A program made the translations under genes and the position numbers. Shown here piece by piece: positions 62,171-64,000 of a stretch of DNA of 64,000 nt. The number at the start of each line of letters is the position of its first letter. The first letter of the stretch is position 1. The stretch is from Felis catus (taxonomy: Eukaryota). Where the stretch lies: assembly GCF_018350175.1 (NCBI RefSeq), contig NC_058368.1, forward strand, positions 95,978,001 to 96,042,000, written 5' to 3'. Below the pieces are notes generated by a model, which saw only the letters and a program-made list of their open reading frames with translations, was not told the DNA's origin and did no database searches.

Positions 62171-64000
62171 CTGGAAAGAACTATTTCTGAGCCTTAGAAC
62201 AACTGTCGAAGGGTTAGAGCTTTCTAATAAGCTGGATATTGGCACCATAAATAAAACCCAAGACAGATACGTCGTCTCTTTCCAAGTGCGTAAGATACAC
62301 CTGAAGACTTTGTGTTTTCATCTACAGGGGCCTTCGAAATACTGAAAGCTGTCTGCTCACCTTTGCCACGGTAGTCTAATGATTGACCCTTGAGGTACGT
62401 ATTTTATTCTTTGTAGGCGACCCAGTGAAAACTTTGGTGTAAAATGATGGCAGAGCATTTTAGGAGTTACTTGTCCTGACTTGATTCACACAATAGGCAG
62501 GCCTGGTTGAAAGGGAGACACCCAAGTCCATACAAGCAAGGCATCCAGAGTTTAAAATTATTGTTGTTTTTTTTGTTGTTGTTGTTTTGTTGCATTTTGA
62601 AGCGTATGAATCTCCCATAGCCACAGTTCATTTAAGAAAAAGAGCAGAGCCCAATTTTCAGTTGAGAAGGCAGTGAGGGCCTTGCACAAATTCCTTTGTG
62701 TTCTTTGTAACATCAGGCATTACAGTTTTTCATTCAAAACATGTAGGCGGATGATCAAACACACGTAGAGCAGTAAGTGATTTCTTCAAGTTAGAGCAAA
62801 GCAGAGCAGGCTGTGTGGCCACTGTTTGGCAGGGGATTTTATATGCCCTGGTGACCACTTTCTACTTAATTTTCCTGTAGAACCTCTAAAGAAACTGTTA
62901 AAAGGGATTCTCTCACCTTTTCAGCATGTGGGCAGGTTTTTCCTGCCACTTTGGCTTAAAATCGAAAACGTGAATTGTTGCATCGTGTTTACACTGACAG
63001 ACAGGTGCCCTTCCTGGGTCTCCCAATGCTTGCAAAGGCACCGAGGTTCATCAGGATAATGAATGTGGAAGGGAAAGTAAACAGCTGTTTCCACTAGTTC
63101 CTTCTAGAAAGCTCCTCCTAAGGCCTGCGCTCTAGGCTGAGGCCAGCTGAAAGCTGTAGATAAAATTGGCTGCTGACCGTCAAGGCTGCAGATCCAAAAG
63201 GAACTCAGTGTCTCCTGCGGTGAGACTCTTACACTGTTCCGTTCTCCTTCTCAGTACCAACGGTAATAACAGCATAGCGACAACATCACGCAGAATCTGT
63301 AAGTACAATACAATTATATCTGACAATAACGTTTGCAGCTACATTATAAATTTTTATACCCAGTAAATAACTGGTAAACAAAGGAATAAATCCTAAAACA
63401 CATTACAGAGTGATTTGCAAATAGTTTTCTTTTGTAATCTCTTTAACAAATATTAAGGTCTCTGTTTCACAGGAAAGTGCTATCCAGGTCATTGATATGA
63501 TTGACTTGATTCCACATGGATTAGTGAATGATAGAGGGGAGATCCAAATCAGTTTTCTGGTTCTGTGCTGATTTGTTTGGCCCGTGCCATGTGGAAAAAT
63601 TAATTTCCAGCTGCCAATTATTCCAACTGAGTCTGTCCCCTGGATAGCTAAGGCCATAACCCTTTATAGGTTGAGGGTGTTACCGGATTTTTCTCTACCC
63701 TTTATTTGATTGTCCTTCCTTCCTATTTAAGCTCACCCTGGGTTTCTCTGGAATCTCCAGCCATTGTCAGCAAAGATTATTGTGACCTGGAAGACAAGTC
63801 CACAATTACCCAGGTCAAAGTACAAGGTGATAAGCGCATTCAACTTTATTTGCCCATATTTTAAGAAAGAGGCTTCCAGGGAAAAGGGCAGATACATTTT
63901 AACGTTCTCACTACACTAATGAGATTAAGTTCCACCACTTTTGTGTCAGAGACAGCGCTAATGATCTACTTAAAAAAAAAAGGGGGGGGGGGAAGAAAGA

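Noticed and set aside
1..64000. CRISPR arrays, operons, rRNA/snRNA genes, CpG island, processed pseudogene or endogenous viral ORF
   Set aside because: No regularly spaced repeats, no long coding frames, no CpG island and no recognisable structural RNA; the DNA is CpG-depleted mammalian non-coding sequence.

Overview
This is mammalian genomic DNA from a carnivoran, almost certainly a felid. About 38 CAN-SINE (SINEC/SINEC_Fc) copies are present, including one young felid-type copy, along with felid/carnivore L1 3' ends. The window is non-coding (intergenic, or deep in a large intron). No supplied ORF is a credible gene: they derive from SINEs, microsatellites or chance, and the only recognisable peptide is a fossil Tigger1 transposase fragment at the left edge. 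The rest is old L1, L2, MIR and MaLR/ERVL LTR fragments, a few DNA-transposon remnants (Tigger1, a ~240-bp TIR-bounded MITE, MADE2-like, MER63-like), microsatellites, and some repeat-poor stretches with motif clusters that may be enhancers or a CTCF site. I found no evidence for a novel biological system. The best leads are modest: the MITE, an inverted three-SINE cluster with a probable deletion junction, two young insertions that may be polymorphic, a 371-bp polypurine tract, a strong CTCF motif, and a weak minus-strand exon candidate near 62.1 kb. Repeat names come from recalled consensus sequences, and the boundaries of old repeats are approximate.
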